Assembly (NCBI GenBank): GCA_038230535.1
Contig: JBBRNB010000017.1
Location: 2,728-66,727 of the forward strand
DNA from: Thermoanaerobaculia bacterium
GTDB lineage: Bacteria; Acidobacteriota; Thermoanaerobaculia; Gp7-AA8
Reading direction: 5' to 3'
DNA: 64,000 nt
The notes under the pieces: generated by a model
Told to the model about the DNA's origin: nothing
Databases searched by the model: none
The model's input: the letters and a program-made list of their open reading frames with translations, nothing else
Made by a program: the position numbers and the translations under genes
Shown here: one piece after another, positions 52,831-61,408 of the stretch
How positions within the stretch are numbered: position 1 is the first letter of the stretch
How the letters are laid out: every line of letters starts with the position of its first letter

Positions 52831-53313
52831 ATGAAGCGCTTCGTCGAATGGGACTCGATCAACGTCCGGGTGGACGGTGAGAAGCTCAACGCTCTCGCGG
52901 CGTCCTTTCGCGTCGATCCGATCGAGCGGATGGAGCTGCAGTTCTTCAACGGCCTGCTGCGGATCAGCGGCTCGTTCCGGAAGTTCATCAGCGTTCCGTT
53001 CACCGTCGACATCCGTGAGATCCGGCCCAGCGGACGGACGGTCCGTGTGCCGATTGCCTCGGCGTCGGCATTCGGCGCGTTGCCGATTCCGCAGTTTCTC
53101 TTCGGTCTCGTGAGAAATCGCCTTCCCGCGGATCTGGTGCGCTACGAGGATCCGGCGACGTTCGTCGTCTCCCTGGAGCGCTTCTTGCCAGAGTTCATCG
53201 ATGCCGATATCCAGGAGATCTGGATCATCGACGGCGGTTTGGCGGTTACCCTCGGACGAGGTGGCGCAGACCTTCCGCCGCCTCTGGAGGATTCAAATGG
53301 AAGAAACACCTGA
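52831..53313 (+). CDS. Hypothetical protein
   Basis: The ORF has coding-like composition. It overlaps the downstream DUF1232 gene. Confidence 0.4.
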   Translation: MKRFVEWDSINVRVDGEKLNALAASFRVDPIERMELQFFNGLLRISGSFRKFISVPFTVDIREIRPSGRTVRVPIASASAFGALPIPQFLFGLVRNRLPADLVRYEDPATFVVSLERFLPEFIDADIQEIWIIDGGLAVTLGRGGADLPPPLEDSNGRNT

Positions 53314-53827
53314 CCCTGTAGCCGCAGGAACCGACGAAGATCTGGCCCGCGAGATCCGCGACGCCGCGGAGCAGGAGGAATTGCCGCGCGATCGCGCCGG
53401 CCGTTTTTACGATCGCATGCGCAGCACCATCCGGCGCTACGTCGAAGGGAAGGGGAAAGCACTCGACAAGACAACCGAGTTTCTCCTGCTGGTCCCCGAC
53501 GTCTTCATTCTCCTGTGGCGCCTCACGACGGACTCGCGCGTCAACGGCAAGGACAAACTCCTGCTCGGCAGCGCCGTGGTGTACTACGTGATGCCGTTCG
53601 ATCTCATCCCCGAAGCCATCGTCGGCCCGATCGGTTACCTCGACGACCTCGTCTTCGGCGTCTACGTGCTGAACAAGGTCCTGGGCAGCGTCGACGCCAG
53701 CATCATCCGCGAGCACTGGAGCGGCAGCGAAGACGTCCTCGGCACGATCCACCGTGTGCTCAACGCCGCCGATTCCCTCATCGGCAAGGACCTCGTGGCC
53801 AAGATCAAGAAGATGATGGGAAAGTGA
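53297..53827 (+). CDS. DUF1232 (YkvA-like) membrane protein
   Basis: The characteristic DUF1232 motifs are present (LLVPDVFILLWRL...YVMPFDLIPE..GYLDDL). Confidence 0.6.
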   Translation: MEETPDPVAAGTDEDLAREIRDAAEQEELPRDRAGRFYDRMRSTIRRYVEGKGKALDKTTEFLLLVPDVFILLWRLTTDSRVNGKDKLLLGSAVVYYVMPFDLIPEAIVGPIGYLDDLVFGVYVLNKVLGSVDASIIREHWSGSEDVLGTIHRVLNAADSLIGKDLVAKIKKMMGK

Positions 53828-53838
53828 TGTTGAGACCG

Positions 53839-54516
53839 TTACGACGAACCGCTTGGAATTTGCGGGTTAGCGCGCGTGCGAGTGTCGTCGCGGATGATAG
53901 CGTCGAATTCTTGACGGGGAAGTTTGCGGTTGAGCAGGTACATCAGTTGGGAGCACCGAGTTGCGTCTTTGTCAAGCGCCGTTGCCTTTGCGAATTGCGC
54001 GAGCAGTCGCGTGATCTCTTCCTGCAACTCATCACGGAGTGCCCCACTCGTGAGTCCGTCCAGCCGTGCAAGGGTGCGCCGCGCGAACGCCTCGAAACTC
54101 GTGATGCCTCGAAGAAGGCGTTCAACACGGTTTATGTTGCGCGCTGAGAGGCGGGCGCCGATGGAGGACAAGGCGAGCTCCTGGTACCACTTGACAAGGT
54201 CGAATGGTCCCCAGAGGACGTCTTCGTCAGGCTGTTTCTCGTTTTTCTTGAGGAAGAATCTTGCGCGGAGGACTGCTTCAGTGCTCGTTCCTGTGGCCAT
54301 AGCCCAAAGCCAGAGGTTGTCCGTGATTGTTGCCCGCGCGAGCAGGATGACGAAGACGCTCGCTGGAATGAACGCTCGCGACGTTAGGTAGAGGAAACCG
54401 GGAAGCGTTGTCGCGCCGGAGAACGCGCCGTTCTCGTATCGTTGGTACACGCCTTGGAATCCGGCGGCGAGGCCGAAGAATGCTGCGAGGCTCGCCCAAG
54501 CGTACGATGCGTTCAC
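53839..54516 (-). CDS. Hypothetical 3-TM membrane protein with cytoplasmic C-terminal domain (lower-GC module)
   Basis: Three N-terminal hydrophobic helices are present. GC is about 55% against about 65% for the genome. Confidence 0.45.
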   Translation of the reverse strand: MNASYAWASLAAFFGLAAGFQGVYQRYENGAFSGATTLPGFLYLTSRAFIPASVFVILLARATITDNLWLWAMATGTSTEAVLRARFFLKKNEKQPDEDVLWGPFDLVKWYQELALSSIGARLSARNINRVERLLRGITSFEAFARRTLARLDGLTSGALRDELQEEITRLLAQFAKATALDKDATRCSQLMYLLNRKLPRQEFDAIIRDDTRTRANPQIPSGSS

Positions 54517-54572
54517 CTCCGCATGATAGAGGCGTGGGACATTGATAAGTCAAGAAGGTTGACTGGCGTCAA

Positions 54573-54824
54573 CTAACTTCGGAAGGACTTCGCGAGAAAA
54601 TCATACTGGCCCGGCTTGATCGTGACGATTTCGCGCAGGACGTTGTCCTTGTCCCGGATGGTAACGTAGTTGTTCTGCTCGAGGTCTTCGACGATTTGCC
54701 CAAGCTCGTTCTCCCGAATAAAAGTTAGTGCGAGAAGCTCGAGAAAGGGTAACGAGGTGTAGCGGAGGAGCGTCTGCACGACCGATCGATACTTCGCTTC
54801 GCTCTCAACGGGAATCGAGGTCAT
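54573..54824 (-). CDS. Hypothetical 83-aa protein (possible winged-helix-like), downstream of VapB-like gene
   Basis: GC is about 52%. The start is ATG 54824 (MTSIPVE...) or, further upstream, 54881. Confidence 0.4.
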   Translation of the reverse strand: MTSIPVESEAKYRSVVQTLLRYTSLPFLELLALTFIRENELGQIVEDLEQNNYVTIRDKDNVLREIVTIKPGQYDFLAKSFRS

Positions 54825-54902
54825 GACGTCGCTCACAGCTCTAGTATACGAGCAAGGCGGTGCTGCGATTCCACCTTTCACTCCTCAATCGAGTGCCGGG
54901 GA

Positions 54903-55094
54903 TCACGACGTTCTACGCCTCGGCGGTGCGGACGCTCGCGGGTCGCTTCCGCCGAGGCGTGCCAGTCGCCTCGCACTCTCCCGCACGATGAGCGCCCGGA
55001 GAGCCTCGTGGATCAACGCAGTTCGTTCCTTCGTGCCAGTAATCCGTTGAGCGTCTTCGATCAATTGTTCGTCGATGTTGATGGTGAGGCGCAT
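54903..55094 (-). CDS. VapB-family (Rv0623-like RHH) type II antitoxin-like protein
   Basis: The sequence MRLTINIDEQLIEDAQRITGTKERTALIHEALRALIVRESARRLARLGG is a classic VapB/DUF2191 signature. Confidence 0.7.
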   Translation of the reverse strand: MRLTINIDEQLIEDAQRITGTKERTALIHEALRALIVRESARRLARLGGSDPRASAPPRRRTS

Positions 55095-55145
55095 GGCTCG
55101 ACTCCGATTCTGTGCTCAAGCGTACCTCAAGATGCATCTGCACCT

Positions 55146-56321
55146 TCACCCTTCCTGGAACGCAGCGTACCTCGTAGCTTCCGGCATATACGTACACAGC
55201 GGATCCGACGCGAACACATCTCCGGTCATCGACCAGGCTCTGGCGCGCGAGCCGCCGCAGAGGTCGCGGAACTCGCAGACGCCGCACTTGCCCTTCAGGT
55301 TGCTGCTTTCGCGAAGGCTGGTGAACAGGTCACTCGAGCGGTAGATCTCGCCGAGGGACTGTTTTTTCACGTTGCCGGCCTTGAGGGGCAGGAAACCGCT
55401 CGGGAAGACGTCGCCAAGGTGCGAGATGAAGACAAATCCCTTCCCCTCGTTGACGCCGCGCGGGGCGCGGGAGACGGCTCCGGTCTGCGTCTTGACGCCG
55501 AGGGGCATCGTGCGCGGACCGTGTTGCAGAAAGAGTGTCGACGCATCGATGAGACCTGTCGCCGGATCGAGATACTTGTCGATCGACTCACCTCTCTCCG
55601 CCGCCATGCGCTGCAACATGTAGCGGCGGTAGTGCATCGCCTCGGTCGTGCGAATCGCGAACGGAACGCGTTTGCTTGTGTCATAGAGAAAGCCGAAAAG
55701 CTGTTCGACCGCCTGGGGTGAGATCAGGTCGGCCTGTTTTCCGCGCCCGGTCGGGACGAGGAAGAAGACGCTCCACATCGCGATTCCGAGGCCCGAGAGA
55801 AGCTCGACCATCTGGGGGAGATCATCGACCGTGCGGCGTGTCACGGTCGTGTTGATCTGCACGGGGATGCCTTCGCGCTCTGCCGCGCGGATGGCGCGCA
55901 GCGTGAGGTCGAACGAACCGGGGACGCGCCGGAAATCATCGTGCAGGCCGGCACGTGAAGCATCGAGACTGATGGCGAGCCGGGCCAGACCGCGGTTCTT
56001 CATCCGCGCGATGGCTCCGTCGGTGAGCAACGGCGTCGCGCTTGGTGTGAGCGACGGCTCGAGACCAACGCTCTTCGCGTAGGCGATCATATCGAACGTG
56101 TCCTCGCGCTTGAGAGGGTCGCCGCCGGTGATCACGAAAACGCGCGGCTGCAACAGGGCGATGTCGTCGATCAGGCGGTACCCTTCCTCAGTCGTCAGCT
56201 CGAACTGGCTGCGGCGCGGCTGCGCGGCGGCACGGCAATGCACGCACGACAGGTCACACGCGCGGGTGCTCTCCCAGATCACCACGAACGGCTCGAGATT
56301 GAAATCGACACTGCCACTCAT
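55146..56321 (-). CDS. ahbD: Radical SAM/SPASM heme synthase AhbD-like (NirJ2-like)
   Basis: It has CDLSCVHC (CX3CX2C) and C-terminal SPASM cysteines (CGVCEFRDLCGG). The ATG overlaps the ahbAB stop. Confidence 0.7.
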   Translation of the reverse strand: MSGSVDFNLEPFVVIWESTRACDLSCVHCRAAAQPRRSQFELTTEEGYRLIDDIALLQPRVFVITGGDPLKREDTFDMIAYAKSVGLEPSLTPSATPLLTDGAIARMKNRGLARLAISLDASRAGLHDDFRRVPGSFDLTLRAIRAAEREGIPVQINTTVTRRTVDDLPQMVELLSGLGIAMWSVFFLVPTGRGKQADLISPQAVEQLFGFLYDTSKRVPFAIRTTEAMHYRRYMLQRMAAERGESIDKYLDPATGLIDASTLFLQHGPRTMPLGVKTQTGAVSRAPRGVNEGKGFVFISHLGDVFPSGFLPLKAGNVKKQSLGEIYRSSDLFTSLRESSNLKGKCGVCEFRDLCGGSRARAWSMTGDVFASDPLCTYMPEATRYAAFQEG

Positions 56322-57433
56322 AGGACACCTGCCTTTCGCGCCCACTCCCGATAGGCGGTGGGGGAGACCTCGGATGGCTTGATCTCCGCGCGCCCGCCCC
56401 AATAGACGTTGGTGTATGTGAAACCGATGCCGATGGCGTTGAGGTGTGCGTCGATGGCTGCCTTGTGCGCCATCACCTGCTCCCTGGTCTCGCCATGGGC
56501 GACGGCCATGATGTTGACGTTGTCCAATTCCGGGCCGGCGTCGCGCCAATAGCAGTGTGTGAGGATGGCGAACCGGCCGATCTCGCGGCCTGCTTCGAGC
56601 TCGCGCCCCGGCGGCACGGCCCAGTGGAAAAGGCCGTTGAAACTCGACAGACGCTCTTCTCCCGCCACTGGTTTGGAATGCTCGAGAAACGTCGAGAAGC
56701 GCCCGATGACGCCGCGGCGATCGAGGTCCTCGGCGACCTCGAAGAAGGCGTCGGCATCGATTCCCGCGGCGCGGGCCCGGCGTTGCCACATCCGTTCGCC
56801 GATCTCGTCGGGCGAGAAGTCCTGCTTGAGCACGACGAGCACAGTCCAGTCGCGCTCGGACAGCTCGACGATGGCCGGCCTCATGGCTTCGGCGAGCTCG
56901 GGCGACTTCTCGCCGGGCTTCATGCCTTTGCGGCGCATGTGGCCCACGCCGAGAACGAAGGCGCGAACCGTAGGCATGATGCGATAGCGCTCTGCTCCGA
57001 TCTGACGGCGTAGAAACTCGCAGTGGGCCTCGACGGAGAAGCCCGCGGGCACTTTCAGAGTGGTCCAGAGAGGCCACGCCGTCGCGCCGTTCTCGCTGTT
57101 GCGGATCACTACATGGCCGGAAAACGGGTCGCGTCTGGCGATGAAATCGAACGCTGCGCCGACAAGCGAGTCATCGATCTTCCAGGCGACCAGCGCGCCC
57201 TGCGCGACATTTGTGGCCAGGAGTGTCTGCCGGACGCGGCGTATCGTCCCTGCCTCGAGCATGGCCCGAATCCGCTCGACGACGACGAGAGAGTGGACGC
57301 CGGAAAGGCGCGCAATCTCCCGGATGGGATCACGAACAAAACCGCGGATGCGATCCTCCGAGACTTCCAGAATGCTCCGGTTGAGCGGATCGTGTGGGGA
57401 TACAGGCACCGCGTATTCGATCGACGCACTCAC
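56318..57433 (-). CDS. ahbAB: Siroheme decarboxylase, fused AhbA/AhbB (NirDL-like, Lrp/AsnC-type HTH halves)
   Basis: Two AsnC-like modules with HTHs (SLVVVERIRAMLEAGTIRR) are fused. A GTG start overlaps the ahbC stop. Confidence 0.7.
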   Translation of the reverse strand: MSASIEYAVPVSPHDPLNRSILEVSEDRIRGFVRDPIREIARLSGVHSLVVVERIRAMLEAGTIRRVRQTLLATNVAQGALVAWKIDDSLVGAAFDFIARRDPFSGHVVIRNSENGATAWPLWTTLKVPAGFSVEAHCEFLRRQIGAERYRIMPTVRAFVLGVGHMRRKGMKPGEKSPELAEAMRPAIVELSERDWTVLVVLKQDFSPDEIGERMWQRRARAAGIDADAFFEVAEDLDRRGVIGRFSTFLEHSKPVAGEERLSSFNGLFHWAVPPGRELEAGREIGRFAILTHCYWRDAGPELDNVNIMAVAHGETREQVMAHKAAIDAHLNAIGIGFTYTNVYWGGRAEIKPSEVSPTAYREWARKAGVL

Positions 57434-58641
57434 GCACTCACCTCCGCCGCGATCTCGGAGTCGAGCAGGTAGCATCCGGGATCCGATTCCCAGTAGTCCC
57501 CCGTGGCCGCCTCGGCCCGTGCGCGGAAGTTTCCGTTACACACCGGCAGCCAGCGGCAGTCAGCGCATCGGCCCTTGAGCAGCGTCTTCCGATTGCGCAG
57601 TCCATCGAGCAGCTCGACGCGCGAGTCGCTCCAGATCTCGGAGAATGGCCGCTCGCGGATGGAGCCAAGGGCATGATTCGACGTGAACTGGTCGGGATGA
57701 ACCACTCCGAAGCTGTCGATGCAACCGATGGCGATACCCGAGCGGTTGCCTCCGTTGTTGCTGATCAAAGCCAGCGCTTCGGCGGCCTGTACAGGATCGC
57801 GTTCCAGCAGCCTTAGATAGATATAGGGAGCGTCGGCATGGTTGTCGACGGTCATCACTTCGACGTTGCGGCCTTCGGCATTCCACTGCTCGACCCTGGC
57901 CATCATCTTGTCCATCAGCACGCGCTTCTGATGGGCCTCGAGATCGATTCCGGAGAGATACGAGCCGCGCCCCGAGTAGACGAGGTGATAGAGGCAGAGC
58001 CGGCCGATGCCTTCGTCTTCGACGAGGTGGAAGACGCTGTCGATTTCATCGACGTTGTCCTGCGTCACCGTGAAGCGGACGCCGACGCGGATGCCGGCAT
58101 CGCGGCAGTTGCGAATGCCGCGCAGGGCATCTCGGTACGCTCCGGCCTTGCAGCGCATGCGGTCGTGACGCTCCTCGTTGCCGTCAACGCTGATCCCGAC
58201 ATACGCGACGCCCATATCGGCGATTCGGCGAGCACGGCGCTCGTCGATGAGTGTTCCGTTCGTGGAGAAGGTGACGCGCACGCCATGCGAGGTCGCGTAC
58301 TCGGCCAGATCGAGGATGTCGGGCCGTACCATCGGCTCGCCGCCTGAGATGAGCAGCGCCGGCACCTTGAACGCGGCCAGGTCGTCGATCATCGCGCACG
58401 CCTCGTCCGTGGTCAGCTCCCCGTCGAATCGGCGCGTGCGCGCGCTTGCGTAGCAGTGAACGCACTCGAGGTTGCAGGTCTTCGTCGCGTTCCACACCAC
58501 CACCGGCCCTGTGTCCGGCCGCGCGCCGGTTTTCTGCCCGGCGGACTGGTCGTGATACCGAAGACGGTCGCCTGAAAACGAAGCACCGCCGAGAAGTCTG
58601 GTCACGCTGATCATCGGTTTTCCTCCCGTTCGTGAGTGCAT
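57430..58641 (-). CDS. ahbC: Radical SAM/SPASM Fe-coproporphyrin synthase AhbC-like (NirJ1-like)
   Basis: It has CNLECVHC and SPASM cysteines (CADCRWLPVCNG). Confidence 0.7.
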   Translation of the reverse strand: MHSRTGGKPMISVTRLLGGASFSGDRLRYHDQSAGQKTGARPDTGPVVVWNATKTCNLECVHCYASARTRRFDGELTTDEACAMIDDLAAFKVPALLISGGEPMVRPDILDLAEYATSHGVRVTFSTNGTLIDERRARRIADMGVAYVGISVDGNEERHDRMRCKAGAYRDALRGIRNCRDAGIRVGVRFTVTQDNVDEIDSVFHLVEDEGIGRLCLYHLVYSGRGSYLSGIDLEAHQKRVLMDKMMARVEQWNAEGRNVEVMTVDNHADAPYIYLRLLERDPVQAAEALALISNNGGNRSGIAIGCIDSFGVVHPDQFTSNHALGSIRERPFSEIWSDSRVELLDGLRNRKTLLKGRCADCRWLPVCNGNFRARAEAATGDYWESDPGCYLLDSEIAAEVSA

Positions 58642-58719
58642 GATCGCGTTCGCTCGAACAAGGAGCCGTGACGCCGTGTACCTGCCGATGTGACGGACGA
58701 CACAAACATGAAACCACGC

Positions 58720-59367
58720 TCAGAGGAAGCGATATCCCGCGGCGATGAGAAGGACGGTGATGCCTCCGAAGACCAGCTCGCGGATACCCACCCGCCGTGC
58801 CGGTTCGGCGTTAGCGGCAGGTATCAGTGCCCGTCCCAGAAGCAGAACCATGGCCGCGATGACCGTGGCAGGAGCGAGGTGCTGCCGCCAGAGCACGAGC
58901 GCGGTGATGACCGCGGCGCCATGGAGCGCGACGGCAATCGATCGAGACTCTCTTCCGAGGACCGCTCGCACGAAGACGATGGCCGGAACCGAGCGCAGCA
59001 TCGTCAGGAGCCAGAGCGTGGATGCCAGGATCATCGTCCGTCCGCCGGCGAGCGCAATCGCCGCCGCGGTAGCTCCCGCAGCCGCGGCGCCGGCGATCTC
59101 CGGAAGGACTGCCCGTTCCCGCTTGCGAAGCTCCATGACGAATTGCGTCAGGCCGAGCGGCGCGGCGAGAACGAACGGCAGCAGAATGCGCACGCTCGAG
59201 AGTGCGGTGGCGGTCACGACGGCAGCGATCACCACCGCCCCGTAGACGAGAACCAGCAGCTCGCAGACGAATGTTCTCGGGAAGCGGCGGCGTCGCATCC
59301 AGTCGCCGGCCGCCAGCCGCAGCGGATGACGGGCCAGAAATGCCGCCACCGCCGCGATTCCAATCAT
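58720..59367 (-). CDS. Polytopic membrane protein; upstream in-frame 39-codon ORF (59377-59496) separated only by a TGA + 9 nt
   Basis: It is hydrophobic throughout, and the upstream fragment continues the hydrophobic character. Confidence 0.45.
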   Translation of the reverse strand: MIGIAAVAAFLARHPLRLAAGDWMRRRRFPRTFVCELLVLVYGAVVIAAVVTATALSSVRILLPFVLAAPLGLTQFVMELRKRERAVLPEIAGAAAAGATAAAIALAGGRTMILASTLWLLTMLRSVPAIVFVRAVLGRESRSIAVALHGAAVITALVLWRQHLAPATVIAAMVLLLGRALIPAANAEPARRVGIRELVFGGITVLLIAAGYRFL

Positions 59368-59640
59368 TGCACCTGCTCACCCCGGCGCGATGAGGAGCGC
59401 CAGCGCGGCCGGCTCGAGAACGAATGCCCATCCGCCGTGCTCGGCCGGAAGAGCGAGCGGGCGGATCGATACGTGGGTGGTGTTCCGTGCGGCCATTCGT
59501 TCCGCCGCTTTTGCCCTCTTCCCTCTGCTTTCCCATGTGACATTCGTCACCCGCAATAGTGACGACGCCTGCGGTGAAATGTGAGAGAGGCGTCTACATT
59601 CAATGTGTGTAAGTCCGCCGTTCAACCTCGGAGGTTCACC

Positions 59641-60360
59641 ATGCCGACGCCCTACAACCTCGATGTCCGCAACAACTGCACCGAATGCGACCGCAGGGCG
59701 GAGCGGATCTTCTGCAACCTGTCGCGGGAATCGTTAGCCGAGCTCGACGCCATCAAGTTCACCGGCATCTATCCAAAGGGATCCCTTCTGTTTGTCGAAG
59801 GAGAAGAGCCGCGCGGTGTCTTTATTCTATGCAGCGGACGCGCGAAGCTCACCACGTCCTCGTCGGAAGGGAAGACGTTGATCCTGAAGGTCGCGGAGGC
59901 GGGCGAGGTCCTCGGCGTCAGTGCCACGATTCTCGGCAAGCCTTACGAGGTTTCCGCGGAGACGCTGGAGCCGTCACAGTTGAACTTCATCAAGCGCGAC
60001 GACTTCATCAAGTTCCTCAACGCGAATGCCGACGCCTGTATGCACACCGCTCAGCAGCTCAGCCAGAAGTATCAGTCCGCGCAACGGGAGATCCGCTCCC
60101 TCGGCCTTGCGCAAACGACGTCTGAAAAACTGGCCAAACTCCTTCTCGACTGGAGCGATAGCAACGGCGAGGAGACTCCGAGAGGAATCCGTCTGGCCGT
60201 GCTCCTCACGCACGAAGAGATCGCGCAGATGATCGGCACCACACGCGAGACCGTGACTCGAATCCTGAGCGACTTCAAGAAGAGGCGGCTCATCGAAGTG
60301 AAGGGCTCGAGCTTCTTTCTCCTGGCAAAGAAAACGCTCGAGGGAATGATCAGTACGTAA
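59641..60360 (+). CDS. FNR-like Crp/Fnr family regulator with N-terminal Cys cluster (C13, C16, C25, C133)
   Basis: It has a cNMP-like domain and a C-terminal HTH (IAQMIGTTRETVTRIL). The cysteine spacing resembles the FNR [4Fe-4S] ligands. Confidence 0.75.
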   Translation: MPTPYNLDVRNNCTECDRRAERIFCNLSRESLAELDAIKFTGIYPKGSLLFVEGEEPRGVFILCSGRAKLTTSSSEGKTLILKVAEAGEVLGVSATILGKPYEVSAETLEPSQLNFIKRDDFIKFLNANADACMHTAQQLSQKYQSAQREIRSLGLAQTTSEKLAKLLLDWSDSNGEETPRGIRLAVLLTHEEIAQMIGTTRETVTRILSDFKKRRLIEVKGSSFFLLAKKTLEGMIST

Positions 60361-60424
60361 GGGTTGGTGAGCAGGAACGTCATCAAACCCGGCAGCTCTC
60401 CGACGGAGAGCTGGATGTAGCGCT

Positions 60425-61345
60425 TCAATACACTCCGCTGTCGATGCCGGACAATACAAGCGGTTCCTCTTTGACGGCCTCGGTGCGCGCGTTTACTACC
60501 AGCACCGGGCATTCGCTGTGCTGGACGATCCGGTCACTTGTCGTTCCGCGGAGTATGTCTGACATACCGTGACTGCGTTGTCTGCTGACCACGATCAGGT
60601 CGGCGCCAACGCTCGCGGCGAAGTTGGCCAGTTGCTCGCCAGAGATCTCCACGTCGACGAGCTTCAGCTCGCAACGGTCGACGAGCTCTGCCGGCAACCA
60701 CCTTCGCAAGCGCATCAGACTCTCCGCTGCCTGCTGCGGACGTTGTTCGTCACGCGGTTTGAGAAGAACGAGGCGCGCGTCCGGCGCCATCGCGGCGGCG
60801 AGGCGCAGCGCATCCGCGCATTCAGCCGACTGATCGACGAAGCAGACGATCTTGTTGAAGACCAGCGATTCATGATCCGCGGCGGCCATGCTGACGGCGA
60901 TGACTGGAATGGTGACTGCGCGCATGACGCTCTCGCACACCGATCCGACGATCAGCCTGCGAAAGCCGCTTCGTCCGTGTGTTCCCATCACCAGAAGATC
61001 CGCTCCTGACTCCTTCGTCTCGTTGATGATGGACGAGATGATGGATCCGGTGATCACACGAGCGTCGAAGGGAACGCAGGGCGACACATTCTCCTCGATG
61101 TGCGCTACGAGATTCTCACGCGCGGCGGCGACGAGCTGGGGAGTCGTGCTGGTGGCCAGAGAAGCTTCGACCGCGGACTCTCCGAGCGGCGGAATGAGCT
61201 CGCTGGCATAGATGACGATCAGCCGCGCACCATTCTGCTCGGCGATCGCCGAGGCGTAGCGGAGCGCGTGAGCAGCCGCTTTGCTGAAATCAGTGGCGAC
61301 GAGAATGACCCTGGGTTGAAATGTGTCCATACATACCTCGCTCAC
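60425..61345 (-). CDS. Universal stress protein, tandem UspA domains
   Basis: It has two USP modules (VILVATDFS..., LLVMGTHGRSG..; VVSRQRSHG). Confidence 0.85.
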   Translation of the reverse strand: MSEVCMDTFQPRVILVATDFSKAAAHALRYASAIAEQNGARLIVIYASELIPPLGESAVEASLATSTTPQLVAAARENLVAHIEENVSPCVPFDARVITGSIISSIINETKESGADLLVMGTHGRSGFRRLIVGSVCESVMRAVTIPVIAVSMAAADHESLVFNKIVCFVDQSAECADALRLAAAMAPDARLVLLKPRDEQRPQQAAESLMRLRRWLPAELVDRCELKLVDVEISGEQLANFAASVGADLIVVSRQRSHGMSDILRGTTSDRIVQHSECPVLVVNARTEAVKEEPLVLSGIDSGVY

Positions 61346-61408
61346 GTCAATCTAAGAGCTGGGGAGCCCGTAGCCGGTTGCCGGCGTCACGCATCGATGT
61401 GATCGCCC

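Noticed and set aside
56322-57077. N-terminal 250-aa extension of the 643-aa ORF containing ahbD
   Set aside because: The Arg/Gly-rich low-complexity stretch overlaps the ahbAB gene. The true start is the ATG at 56321, coupled to the ahbAB stop.
58184-58717. 177-aa ORF upstream of ahbC
   Set aside because: It largely overlaps ahbC and the intergenic region, with Arg-rich composition, so it is likely spurious.
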